From positions 48,948 through 112,947 of the forward strand of contig CALVNQ010000001.1 of NCBI GenBank assembly GCA_944349895.1: a stretch of 64,000 nucleotides of DNA, written 5' to 3'. Numbering within the stretch: position 1 is the first letter of the stretch; every line of letters begins with the position of its first letter. The stretch is from an uncultured Clostridia bacterium. Lineage in GTDB: Bacteria > Bacillota > Clostridia > Christensenellales > UBA1242. Positions 28,696-39,873 of this stretch are shown here, piece after piece. The position numbers were made by a program, and so were the translations under genes. The notes under the pieces were generated by a model. That model was not told the DNA's origin. It was given only the letters and a program-made list of their open reading frames with translations, and ran no database searches.

Positions 28696-29184
28696 ATGAA
28701 AATCTTAGGTATTGATCCAGGTTATGCAATAATTGGCTATGGTGTTATTGATACAAAAAAGTCATCATTAGCTGTTGATTTTGGCGTTATCACAACACCA
28801 AAAGATGACTCGATTTCTCTTAGGCTACATAACATTGAAAAGGCCCTGACAACCCTGTTTGAGTTATACAAACCAGATGCCGTAGCAATAGAAGAGTTGT
28901 TTTACTTTAAAAATCAAAAAACCATAATACCTGTCGCAGAAGCCAGGGGCGTAATTTTATTAACAGCTCAAAAATTCTGTCCTAATATTTATGAATATAC
29001 ACCTATGCAAATTAAACAGGCTCTTACGGGGCAAGGAAGAGCGGAAAAAGCTCAAATTCAATTTATGGTAAAAAATATACTGGGATTAAAAGAAATACCA
29101 AAACCTGATGATGCCGCCGATGCTTTAGCTGTTGCATTAACACATGCTCAGATAAGTCCTGCACTGAATAACAATAAAATTTAA
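28696..29184 (+). CDS. ruvC: Holliday junction resolvase RuvC
   Basis: ILGIDPGYAIIGYGVI is the catalytic N-terminus, and DAADALAV lies at the C-terminus. Confidence 0.92.
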   Translation: MKILGIDPGYAIIGYGVIDTKKSSLAVDFGVITTPKDDSISLRLHNIEKALTTLFELYKPDAVAIEELFYFKNQKTIIPVAEARGVILLTAQKFCPNIYEYTPMQIKQALTGQGRAEKAQIQFMVKNILGLKEIPKPDDAADALAVALTHAQISPALNNNKI

Positions 29185-29193
29185 GGAGTTATT

Positions 29194-29787
29194 ATGATTT
29201 CATTTTTAATAGGAATAATTGAAGATAAATATGATAATTTTTTAATATTAGATGTGAATGGTGTGGGGTATGAGCTAAATATTTCACAAAACACTTTGTA
29301 TTCTTTACCAAATAAAGGCGAGACTGTTAAAATTTTAACTTACATGTCTGTGAGAGAAGATGGAATTTCTTTATTTGGATTTTCGGATAAAGAGGAAAAA
29401 GATCTTTTTTTAAAGTTAACTCAAATCTCAGGAATTGGTCCAAAAGTTGCAATCAGCATATTGTCTGGTCTGCCACTTTCGGAGCTTGTAACTGCAATCA
29501 TAAGAGAAGATTTAAGGGCGCTTGCTTCAATTAAAGGGCTTGGTAAAAAAACAGCTGAGAGATTATGTCTTGAATTAAAAGATAAAATTTCGCCAATAGG
29601 AATAAATTTTGAAAATAATTCAACAAATAATGAGTTTGATGAAAATGCTGTTAATCTAGCAACAGAGACATTAATTTCTCTTGGCATAAATAAAAATGAA
29701 GCTTACAATCTTGCGAAAAGTAATGCTGGACCGAATTCAACAGCAGAAGAAATAATTTCAAAATCATTAAGGGGGTATAGAGCTTGA
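29194..29787 (+). CDS. ruvA: Holliday junction DNA helicase RuvA
   Basis: OB N-terminus plus HhH motifs ([21 protein letters not shown]). Confidence 0.92.
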   Translation: MISFLIGIIEDKYDNFLILDVNGVGYELNISQNTLYSLPNKGETVKILTYMSVREDGISLFGFSDKEEKDLFLKLTQISGIGPKVAISILSGLPLSELVTAIIREDLRALASIKGLGKKTAERLCLELKDKISPIGINFENNSTNNEFDENAVNLATETLISLGINKNEAYNLAKSNAGPNSTAEEIISKSLRGYRA

Positions 29788-30785
29788 TGGAAGATAGATT
29801 TATAACAAGCACAAAAAATCTAACAGACTCAGAAATTGAAAACTCTCTTAGGCCAACTAACTTTGAAGAATATGTCGGGCAATGTAAAATAAAGGATAGT
29901 TTATCTGTTTATATTAAAGCTGCTAAATCTAGGAAAGAAAGTCTTGATCATGTCTTATTGTATGGCCCTCCAGGTCTTGGTAAAACAACTCTTTCTCATA
30001 TTATCGCAAATGAACTTGGGGCTCAACTCAAAATTACTTCAGGGCCCGCAATAGAACACGCCGCAGATTTAGCAGCTATTTTAACAAATTTAAATGAAAA
30101 CGATGTTTTATTTATAGATGAAATTCACAGATTAAATAAATCAGTCGAAGAAATTTTATATCCTGCTATGGAAGATTTCGCTTTGGATTTTATTGTCGGC
30201 AAGGGACCATCAGCAAAGAATATGCGCCTAAAAATACAACCTTTCACTTTAATCGGAGCCACAACAAGAGCTGGAATGCTTACAAATCCTTTAAGAGATA
30301 GGTTTGGAATAATTTGCAGACTAGAATTATATTCTACCGAAGAACTCCAAATTATAATTAATAGATCAGCGAAAATTTTAAATATAGAAATTGATGAACA
30401 AGCAAGCATAGAAATAGCTAAAAGGTCCCGAGGGACACCAAGAATTGCTAATAGACTATTAAAAAGAATCCGAGATTATGCACAAGTCCATGGTGAAGGG
30501 AAAATAACCAAAGATATCGCTGATAAAACTTTAGACATTATGGAAATAGACGATTTAGGATTAGATTTTATCGATAGAAAGATTTTGGGATCTATAATAA
30601 ATAAGTTTAACGGTGGTCCAGTAGGGCTAGAAACACTCTCAGCAACAATAAGCGAAGATTCATCAACGATTGAAGATGTTTATGAACCTTACTTATTACA
30701 ACTTGGTTTTATAGCAAGGACACCAAGAGGAAGGGTTGCACTCGAACCAGCATATGTGCATTTAAAATTACCGAATAATAACTAA
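29784..30785 (+). CDS. ruvB: Holliday junction DNA helicase RuvB
   Basis: Contains [12 protein letters not shown], Walker [10 protein letters not shown], and DEIHRL. Confidence 0.95.
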   Translation: MMEDRFITSTKNLTDSEIENSLRPTNFEEYVGQCKIKDSLSVYIKAAKSRKESLDHVLLYGPPGLGKTTLSHIIANELGAQLKITSGPAIEHAADLAAILTNLNENDVLFIDEIHRLNKSVEEILYPAMEDFALDFIVGKGPSAKNMRLKIQPFTLIGATTRAGMLTNPLRDRFGIICRLELYSTEELQIIINRSAKILNIEIDEQASIEIAKRSRGTPRIANRLLKRIRDYAQVHGEGKITKDIADKTLDIMEIDDLGLDFIDRKILGSIINKFNGGPVGLETLSATISEDSSTIEDVYEPYLLQLGFIARTPRGRVALEPAYVHLKLPNNN

Positions 30786-30799
30786 TTTAGGAAGAAAAA

Positions 30800-32981
<2,182 letters not shown>

Positions 32982-33020
32982 CACTGTTAGGCTTTTTTAT
33001 TTTTGTACTTATAAAATTGT

Positions 33021-33049
33021 TTGACTTGTTAATAAAAATAAAGTATACT
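33021..33049 (+). promoter_or_regulatory. sigma-A-type promoter of rny
   Basis: TTGACT (33021-33026), a 17-nt spacer, then TATACT (33044-33049). Confidence 0.6.
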
Positions 33050-33097
33050 TTTAATGTGAGTTGTAAAAATTCATAATTAAAAAAAAGGGGTAAAAGT

Positions 33098-34684
33098 ATG
33101 AGCATTTACATGTTAAATGTCATTGCTCCTGCTGTTGCCGTTGTGATTGCTCTTGCATGCTTCGCCGTTGGTATCGGTGGGGGCATAGGATTGTATAAAA
33201 TAATTGCAACAAAAAAACTCGGTAAATCAAAATCGAACGCTGTTCGTATTATCGAAGAGGCATATGCAGAGGCAAAGACTATAAAAAAAGAAGCCTCATT
33301 GGAAGCTAAAGAAGCCAGTCATAAATATAGAGATGATGTTGAGGCCGAACTTAAAGAAAGAAGAATTGAAATCCAAAAATCTGAAGAAAGGTTAACTGAA
33401 AGAGAAAAATTTGTAGAAAATAAAGAACTTTCTTTGGACAGAAAAAGTGAACAAATTGAGCAAGATAAGAAAAATATAGAAGAAACAAAAAATAAACTGA
33501 CTAAAGAAATAGAACAACAAGAACAAATTAAATTGGACATGCTTGCTAAATTAGAAAAAATTAGTGGTTTATCAAAACAAGAAGCAAAAGATATGCTAAT
33601 TGGTAGTATGACCGAAGAAGCTAAAAAAGATGCCGGACTGATTATTAAAAAAATAGAAGACGAAGCAAAAGAAGAAGGGGACAAAAGAGCTCGAAACATA
33701 GTGGCTTCTGCTATTCAAAAATGTGCAACAGATTTATCAACAGAAATGACTGTTTCTGTGGTTTCTTTACCTACAGACGAAATGAAAGGTAGAATTATCG
33801 GTAGAGAGGGCAGAAATATTAGAGCAATAGAGAGCGCAACAGGTGTCGAACTTATTGTTGATGATACTCCTGAAAGCATAACCGTTTCATCTTTTGATCC
33901 TATTAGGAGAGAAATTGCACGTCTTAGCCTTGAAAAATTAATTATAGATGGAAGAATCCACCCAACACGAATTGAAGAAATTGTTGAGAAAATGACAAAA
34001 GAAGTTGACAAAACAATTAAAGAAGCTGGCGAAAGAGCCTGTGAAGAAGTTGGAATTTATAATTTACATCCTGAATTAATTAAAGTTTTAGGACGATTAA
34101 AGTTTAGAACAAGTTATGGACAAAACGCATTAAAACATAGTATCGAAACGGCAATACTTGCAGGGCAACTTGCAACTGAACTGGGAGCCGACCCATCTAT
34201 AGCAAAACGCGGGGGACTGTTACATGATATAGGAAAAGCTTTGGATCATGAAATTGAGGGCACTCACGTACAAATCGGAGTAGATTTAGCAACAAAATAT
34301 AAAGAGAACCCTGAGGTTATTCATTGTATTGAAGCTCATCATTTTAATGTTGAATTTAAAAGCTTAGAAGCAATTTTAGTTCAAATCGCAGATGCTATTT
34401 CAAGCAGTAGACCTGGAGCTAGAAGAGAAAGTTTCGAAGCCTACATTAAACGTTTACAACAACTTGAAGAAATTTCTAACAGTTTTAATGGAGTAGACAA
34501 AGCATATGCTGTTCAAGCTGGCAGAGAAGTAAGGATTATTGTCAAACCTGAAGAGATGTCTGATAATGACGCAATGTTTCTTGCAAAAGAAATTGCAAAA
34601 CGAATTGAAGATGAAATGCAATATCCTGGTCAAATCAAAGTAAACGTTATAAGGGAAAGTAGATATTCAGAAACTGCAAAATAA
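33098..34684 (+). CDS. rny: ribonuclease Y
   Basis: N-terminal TM helix, coiled coil, a KH domain ([12 protein letters not shown]) and an HD domain (LLHDIGKA). Confidence 0.95.
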   Translation: MSIYMLNVIAPAVAVVIALACFAVGIGGGIGLYKIIATKKLGKSKSNAVRIIEEAYAEAKTIKKEASLEAKEASHKYRDDVEAELKERRIEIQKSEERLTEREKFVENKELSLDRKSEQIEQDKKNIEETKNKLTKEIEQQEQIKLDMLAKLEKISGLSKQEAKDMLIGSMTEEAKKDAGLIIKKIEDEAKEEGDKRARNIVASAIQKCATDLSTEMTVSVVSLPTDEMKGRIIGREGRNIRAIESATGVELIVDDTPESITVSSFDPIRREIARLSLEKLIIDGRIHPTRIEEIVEKMTKEVDKTIKEAGERACEEVGIYNLHPELIKVLGRLKFRTSYGQNALKHSIETAILAGQLATELGADPSIAKRGGLLHDIGKALDHEIEGTHVQIGVDLATKYKENPEVIHCIEAHHFNVEFKSLEAILVQIADAISSSRPGARRESFEAYIKRLQQLEEISNSFNGVDKAYAVQAGREVRIIVKPEEMSDNDAMFLAKEIAKRIEDEMQYPGQIKVNVIRESRYSETAK

Positions 34685-34697
34685 AAATTTTATATTT

Positions 34698-34728
34698 AAA
34701 AGCTTGTAAAATATTACAAGCTTTTTTT
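34698..34728 (+). terminator. intrinsic terminator after rny
   Basis: A 12-bp stem pairs AAAAGCTTGTAA with TTACAAGCTTTT, followed by a T run. Confidence 0.85.
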
Positions 34729-34774
34729 GAATATCTTTAATTTAATTTGAATAGATTGTAAAAAGAGGTGAATC

Positions 34775-35365
34775 ATTCTAGAATTTTTTGCATCTTTTTT
34801 TGGTGAGTATGTTTTTTTAGCCGTTATTTTAATCGCTATGATTCCAGGTTTTGAAGGACGTATAGCTATTCCTTTTGCCATGAGCGCTCAGATATTAGGA
34901 GATTGCATTTTATCTCCGGCTTGGGCTTTTTTTTGTTCATTAATAGGAAGTATAATACCATCTATACCACTTATTTTATTAACAAAAAAATTAAAAAATA
35001 AATTTTTTACAGGTTTTATAGTTGAAAAATATAGTTCAAAAATAAAAGCTTTATCAACTAAAAATTCTAACATAAAAAAATTAATTTTGTTATCCCTTTT
35101 TGTCGCCATCCCTTTGCCTATGACTGGGGTTTGGTCGGGCAGTATCATAGCTGGCTTAACCGATTTAAAACCTTATCAATCATTTATAGCCATATTTATT
35201 GGGAGTTTAATTGCTTGTTCGATAATTTTATTAGTTTGCATAATTTTCAATAATTCAACTTTAATCATATTGCTTATAGCATTATTTATGATTCTTACTG
35301 TTATAATTTTTGAAATAATAAGAATAATTTTTAACAATATAAGAAAAAGAAAAAGGTTGAAATAA
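34775..35365 (+). CDS. small multidrug-export-like membrane protein (COG2426/PF06695-like), probable ATT start
   Basis: The ORF-track ATG at 34838 has no SD and cuts off the first TM helix. The frame is open back to 34772, and AAGAGGTGA (34763-34771) precedes ATT 34775. The family call rests on the IPGFEGRIAIPFA motif and the 4-5 TM layout. Confidence 0.6.
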   Translation: MLEFFASFFGEYVFLAVILIAMIPGFEGRIAIPFAMSAQILGDCILSPAWAFFCSLIGSIIPSIPLILLTKKLKNKFFTGFIVEKYSSKIKALSTKNSNIKKLILLSLFVAIPLPMTGVWSGSIIAGLTDLKPYQSFIAIFIGSLIACSIILLVCIIFNNSTLIILLIALFMILTVIIFEIIRIIFNNIRKRKRLK

Positions 35366-35382
35366 ATAATATTCAACCTTTT
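35351..35382. terminator. bidirectional terminator between convergent genes
   Basis: Stem AAAAGGTTGAA pairs with TTCAACCTTTT, with A/T runs on both sides. A second hairpin pairs GGTCG with CGACC at 35391-35409. Confidence 0.65.
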
Positions 35383-35446
35383 CCTTCATTGGTCGCATGT
35401 GCTACGACCTATTAATATAATGCGATATTTTTAAATTATTATTCAA

Positions 35447-37195
35447 TTATTTCCAAAATTTTTTATAAGTATATATTTGAGTATAATACAATCCAACTGT
35501 TTCACAAACCACAGCAAAGATTGGAACTAATATAGTTGAAAAATATGAATTTAGCTCATTAAATGGCACTCCACAAGCATAATTAATAAGAAAAATAATC
35601 ATAATTAATAAAGCTAAAATAGTCCAAACAACTGCAGGATGCCACATTTTCTCGGGAATTTTACTTGTCGATGTTTTATAATTATAAAAGCTATAAACAA
35701 CGTAAACAAATGAAATAATAGGGAAGAGATAATACACAAAATTGGTTTCAACTGAGGTCAAACCACATAAACTAAAAATTAAATACATAACCCCACTTCC
35801 AATACCAATAAGTCCGAAAATAAATAAGCTTACATAAAATTTTAATAAATTTGTGTTATGCTTTATTTTTTTGTCCTGTTTTTCATATATTTTGAATTCT
35901 ACATCTTGTGTCGCATAGTAATTCTTTAATTCTTCATAACTTTCAAAATCTTCTTTTATAACTTCGTTATCCTTTTTTAATTCTGCTTTGGCATATAATT
36001 TTTCTAATTTTGCCTTAACATCATTACATGTAGGATCAACTGACACATTTCTTCTTGGAGCTGGGAGTTTTTTATCGTTGTTATTTAAAACTATATTTAA
36101 CCTGGCAGGCTCTATCTTTTTAGGTTTTGGTATGTTTTCCTCTGCGATTCGTTCTGTAATGAAAACACCATCATCTTTAATTTCTTGTTTTTCTTCTGAC
36201 TCATTCTCATTATAACTCTGAATATCTTTATTCTTAATTAAATTGTTATCGAATGTAGAATTATTAAAATCTTCATAGTGCCCCTGTCTAGTTTGCAATA
36301 AAGCAGTTTTTAGTTCAGTCAAATTCTGTTGCTGAGACTCTTGGGAACGTGATGGGGAAGTAGAAAGAGCGAGTTCAATTTGATTTTCTGCATAAGATCT
36401 TTTATACTTATTCCTTGAAAAATCTTTGGCAGCTTCATAAACTTTTTGATTGTAATCTTCAACTGACTTTTTTTCTGTCTCTTTTTCTTCTAAATTTGAT
36501 TTTTCTTGTTCTTTCAAATGGTTTTTAATTTCATTTTGTTCTTCATTCAGTCTAAAACTGTTTTCTTCTGATTTTATTTCAGGCTCTTCAATATAATTTT
36601 CACTATAAATATCATCATCTAACTTCTCTTCATTTTGCTCATTATTACCATTGAATTGCGCCAAAATATTTTCCTGTTCTTTTGCCTTTTTAGGTTCATT
36701 TTCTTCTATAGACAAATCAAAATATTCATCATAATCGTCTTCTTGATCTGTTTTTTCATTAATATCAATTTGGTGATTCTCTTCAATTTCAATATTTTCA
36801 CCAAAAAGGGGAGTATGTTGGTTATAATTGACACCTTCATTCTGATCTAAACTAAAATTTGTATCATTTAAATCATTTAAGTGTTCTTCTTTTTTTTCAA
36901 CTGGTTTAACCACATTTAACCCACGAAAATCTTCTTTTAGCCCATCAAGAGCCCTTCTTCCAGCTTCTGTTATGCTTGAATATGAACATTTTGGACCTTT
37001 CGAGCTTTCTTTCAAGTATGAAGATATGTATTTAAGTTCTTTCATTCTATTTAAATTAGAGTAAAGGCTAGGTAGCTTAACCTCTCTACCATATTTATTT
37101 TTTATCTCATCAATAAGCTCTAAACCGTACATATCTCTCTCACTCAAACAGGAGAGTATCATGTAAGAAAGCTGTCCTTTTGCTAAAACTTCCAT
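35447..37195 (-). CDS. membrane-anchored PadR-family transcriptional regulator (wHTH + long acidic/Asn-rich linker + ~4 C-terminal TM helices)
   Basis: The N-terminus LSYMILSCLSERDMYGLELIDEIK...LPSLYSNLNRMKELKYI is PadR-like. Roughly residues 100-440 are E/N/K-rich low complexity. The C-terminal ~140 aa are hydrophobic helices. Confidence 0.75.
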   Translation of the reverse strand: MEVLAKGQLSYMILSCLSERDMYGLELIDEIKNKYGREVKLPSLYSNLNRMKELKYISSYLKESSKGPKCSYSSITEAGRRALDGLKEDFRGLNVVKPVEKKEEHLNDLNDTNFSLDQNEGVNYNQHTPLFGENIEIEENHQIDINEKTDQEDDYDEYFDLSIEENEPKKAKEQENILAQFNGNNEQNEEKLDDDIYSENYIEEPEIKSEENSFRLNEEQNEIKNHLKEQEKSNLEEKETEKKSVEDYNQKVYEAAKDFSRNKYKRSYAENQIELALSTSPSRSQESQQQNLTELKTALLQTRQGHYEDFNNSTFDNNLIKNKDIQSYNENESEEKQEIKDDGVFITERIAEENIPKPKKIEPARLNIVLNNNDKKLPAPRRNVSVDPTCNDVKAKLEKLYAKAELKKDNEVIKEDFESYEELKNYYATQDVEFKIYEKQDKKIKHNTNLLKFYVSLFIFGLIGIGSGVMYLIFSLCGLTSVETNFVYYLFPIISFVYVVYSFYNYKTSTSKIPEKMWHPAVVWTILALLIMIIFLINYACGVPFNELNSYFSTILVPIFAVVCETVGLYYTQIYTYKKFWK

Positions 37196-37218
37196 ATTTT
37201 CACCTTATTTCTGCTTTT

Positions 37219-37247
37219 ATTATACTCACATTTTATTATTGTGTCAA
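37219..37247 (-). promoter_or_regulatory. consensus sigma-A promoter of the PadR-TM gene
   Basis: On the minus strand: TTGACA (37247-37242), a 17-nt spacer, then TATAAT (37224-37219). The SD AAGGTGA lies before the ATG. Confidence 0.65.
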
Positions 37248-37257
37248 CAAAAATAGG

Positions 37258-37281
37258 GGGTATTATGAAGACATAATACCC
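37258..37281. repeat. perfect 10-bp inverted repeat GGGTATTATG-aaga-CATAATACCC (operator or terminator candidate)
   Basis: Read directly from the sequence. It lies 10 nt upstream of the -35 element. A third CATAATACC copy sits at 37336-37344. Confidence 0.5.
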
Positions 37282-37298
37282 AATTAAAATTTTTATAT

Positions 37299-37328
37299 CT
37301 ATTCGCAAAACACAAGTTTTGCGAATAG
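37299..37328 (-). terminator. 13-bp perfect hairpin downstream of the 319-aa orphan gene
   Basis: CTATTCGCAAAAC pairs with GTTTTGCGAATAG around a 4-nt loop. The trailing U tract is weak and interrupted. Confidence 0.5.
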
Positions 37329-37417
37329 AAAGTTACATAATACCATTTATTTTTAATTTATTATGTTATTTAATCATAACAATTAAAATTTAATAATTAT
37401 TTCGTTGTCAATATTTA

Positions 37418-38377
37418 TTAATTCATATCTCTTAAAGTTCTTAAAAATCTTAAAAATATCATCTGGTTGTTTTTTGTAGTTTTGTCTTGTGAAATAGTTA
37501 AATTTGGATCTAAAATGCTTTTAAAATCATTTATATCAGTCATATTTAAAAAGTTAACAATTTTTATAAATGTATCGTATATATTTTCTCCATCAAATAA
37601 TTCGTCTGGTGTATTATAAAGCAGACTTTCTATAAAAATTTGATTTGGCATGATGTATGTCCTAGCCGAATTCCTAAATAAAGTATTAAATATTTTAATC
37701 ATTTTCACAAAAACATCGCCTACTCTTGAAGTCTTATCTATAAAAAGTTCTGTTCTTTTTTCAAAATTTATACTATAAAAACCTTTTTTTCTATTTATAA
37801 AAAATTTAAAATTATTTCCCTCTATTAAACAAGGATAGATAATTATTTGTGTTCTTATACCAAATTCATCTCTCCCAATAATTCTTATAAAATTATCATA
37901 ATTATAAACAATACTTGTCATAGTTAAATTTTTTACAAAGGCTTTTTGCAAATCTGCTTTTAACATTTCCAAATTATATCTGGTGTCATTAAATTCATAT
38001 ACAGTTTCTTTAGGTGCTTCTTCAATTTTTTTCCTTGACTTTTTCTTTTTTGACTTTTTAGATTCATTCCAGGCATATAATAGTCTATCTTTTAATTTTT
38101 TCCAAAAATCGTTATATTGCAAACAATTCATTTCAATTTGTGGGCTGGAAAATCCCAAAAAGTAAACAAATTCACTTTCTGGTGTAATTGCACCATTAAA
38201 AATTTCATTTACAGGTTGTAAGACACACTTATCTACATCAACATATGGAATACTTTTAGACATATCATCGACAGCTAAATAAACCAAACTATTTATTTTC
38301 TCTTCGACATCGTTTACAAATTCCGAATTATCCATTTCAGCAATTGATTCAATGAGTTGTTTGCTTATAGTTTTCAT
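37418..38377 (-). CDS. hypothetical protein, degenerate nucleotidyltransferase-like (CD-NTase/OAS-like) layout
   Basis: I prefer ATG 38377 after GGGAGA. The ORF-track GTG at 38389 overlaps the SD. The gene starts 22 nt after the serS stop. The NTase resemblance is pattern-level only (see findings). Confidence 0.7.
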   Translation of the reverse strand: MKTISKQLIESIAEMDNSEFVNDVEEKINSLVYLAVDDMSKSIPYVDVDKCVLQPVNEIFNGAITPESEFVYFLGFSSPQIEMNCLQYNDFWKKLKDRLLYAWNESKKSKKKKSRKKIEEAPKETVYEFNDTRYNLEMLKADLQKAFVKNLTMTSIVYNYDNFIRIIGRDEFGIRTQIIIYPCLIEGNNFKFFINRKKGFYSINFEKRTELFIDKTSRVGDVFVKMIKIFNTLFRNSARTYIMPNQIFIESLLYNTPDELFDGENIYDTFIKIVNFLNMTDINDFKSILDPNLTISQDKTTKNNQMIFLRFLRTLRDMN

Positions 38378-38399
38378 ATAATCTCCCACATAAATTATA

Positions 38400-39686
38400 T
38401 CAATTTTTTGGTTCTATTTTTTCCTTCCCACCCATATACGGTCTCAAAACCGGAGGAATATAAACACTTCCATCTTTATTTAAATGATTTTCTACAAATG
38501 CTATCAACATTCTTGGTGGAGCAACCACAGTGTTATTTAAAGTATGAGCATAAATGTTTCCTTCTGTGGTTTTATATCGTATGCCAAGCCTTCTTGCTTG
38601 AGCATCTGTTAAATTTGAGCACGAACCAACTTCAAAATATTTTTTTTGTCTTGGGCTCCAAGCCTCCACATCTAAACTTTTATATTTCAAATCAGCTAAA
38701 TCCCCAGTACAACACGCTAACGTTCTGACTGGTATTTCCATTGAAACAAATAAATCAACAGTGTTTTTCCATAGTTGTTCATACCAATATTCACTATCTT
38801 CAGGCTTACAAATAACAATCATTTCTTGTTTTTCAAATTGATGTATTCTGTATATACCTCTTTCTTCTAGACCATGCGCACCTTTTTCTTTTCTAAAACA
38901 AGGAGAATAGCTTGTCAATGTTAAAGGAAGATTTTTTTCGTCTATAATTGTGTTCATATACCTTCCAATCATGGAATGTTCACTCGTTCCAATTAAATAT
39001 AAATCTTCTCCCTCAATTTTATACATCATATTATCCATTTCATCAAAAGACATAACTCCACTAACAACTTCACTTCTTATCATAAAAGGCGGGATAACAT
39101 AAGTAAAACCTCTATTAATCATAAAATCTCGTGCATAAGTTAAAATTGCAGAATGCAATCTAGCTATATCTCCAGTAAGATAATAAAAACCTTGGCCACT
39201 CGTTCGTCTTGCACTATCCAAATCAATTCCATTAAGCTTTTCCAAAATTTCTGTATGGTAAGGTACATCGAAATCTTTAATTTTAGGCTCTAAAAAAGTT
39301 TCCAATTGAACATTTTGGCTGTCATCTTTTCCCACAGGGACATCTTCTGCGACAAAGTTAGGAATGGTCATCATGATTTTTTTTATTTTCACAGAAATTT
39401 CTTCTTCTTGCTTTTCAATATTTTCAATACATTTATTTATAGAATTAACTTGTTGTTTAATTATCTCTGCTTCATCTTTTTTGCCAGATTTCATTAATAT
39501 TCCAATTTGAGAACTTAATAAATTTCTTTTACTTCTATTTTCATCGCCCTCTTTTTTAAGCAATCTATTTTTTTTATCTAATTCTAAAACTTCATCAACT
39601 AAAGGAAGTTTTTTGTCCTGAAACTTACGTTTAATATTGTCTTTAACTCTCTCTGGATCACTTCTTAAAATTGCAATATCTATCAT
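38400..39686 (-). CDS. serS: seryl-tRNA synthetase
   Basis: N-terminal coiled coil plus class II motifs (FRKEKGAHG, GSCSN). TGA stop. The 187-bp upstream region has no T-box. Confidence 0.95.
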   Translation of the reverse strand: MIDIAILRSDPERVKDNIKRKFQDKKLPLVDEVLELDKKNRLLKKEGDENRSKRNLLSSQIGILMKSGKKDEAEIIKQQVNSINKCIENIEKQEEEISVKIKKIMMTIPNFVAEDVPVGKDDSQNVQLETFLEPKIKDFDVPYHTEILEKLNGIDLDSARRTSGQGFYYLTGDIARLHSAILTYARDFMINRGFTYVIPPFMIRSEVVSGVMSFDEMDNMMYKIEGEDLYLIGTSEHSMIGRYMNTIIDEKNLPLTLTSYSPCFRKEKGAHGLEERGIYRIHQFEKQEMIVICKPEDSEYWYEQLWKNTVDLFVSMEIPVRTLACCTGDLADLKYKSLDVEAWSPRQKKYFEVGSCSNLTDAQARRLGIRYKTTEGNIYAHTLNNTVVAPPRMLIAFVENHLNKDGSVYIPPVLRPYMGGKEKIEPKN

Positions 39687-39840
39687 GCTATATTTTCCTC
39701 CAAATTACATAATTATTTTAGAATAAAATATAAAATAAGTCAAATATCTTTACTTTGTTTATGAACATATACTTAATATTTTTTATTATCTAGTATCTTT
39801 TATGTTATACATAATACTGCATATAGTATTAAAAAATATT

Positions 39841-39868
39841 TTGTAAATTTAATTAATAATGTTATAAT
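39841..39868 (+). promoter_or_regulatory. sigma-A-type promoter positioned for leaderless xer-like transcript
   Basis: TTGTAA (39841-39846), a 16-nt spacer, then extended -10 TGtTATAAT (39860-39868). The ATG follows 5 nt later and has no SD. Confidence 0.55.
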
Positions 39869-39873
39869 TAAAT

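Noticed and set aside
33319-34011. Antisense ORFs of 126 and 98 aa inside rny (Ser/Leu/Phe-rich).
   Set aside because: They mirror the Lys/Glu-rich coiled-coil coding region of RNase Y. They have no start context and no independent signal.
38357-38728. A 123-aa plus-strand ORF overlapping the serS 3' end.
   Set aside because: It is antisense to the conserved serS catalytic domain and has no translation signals.
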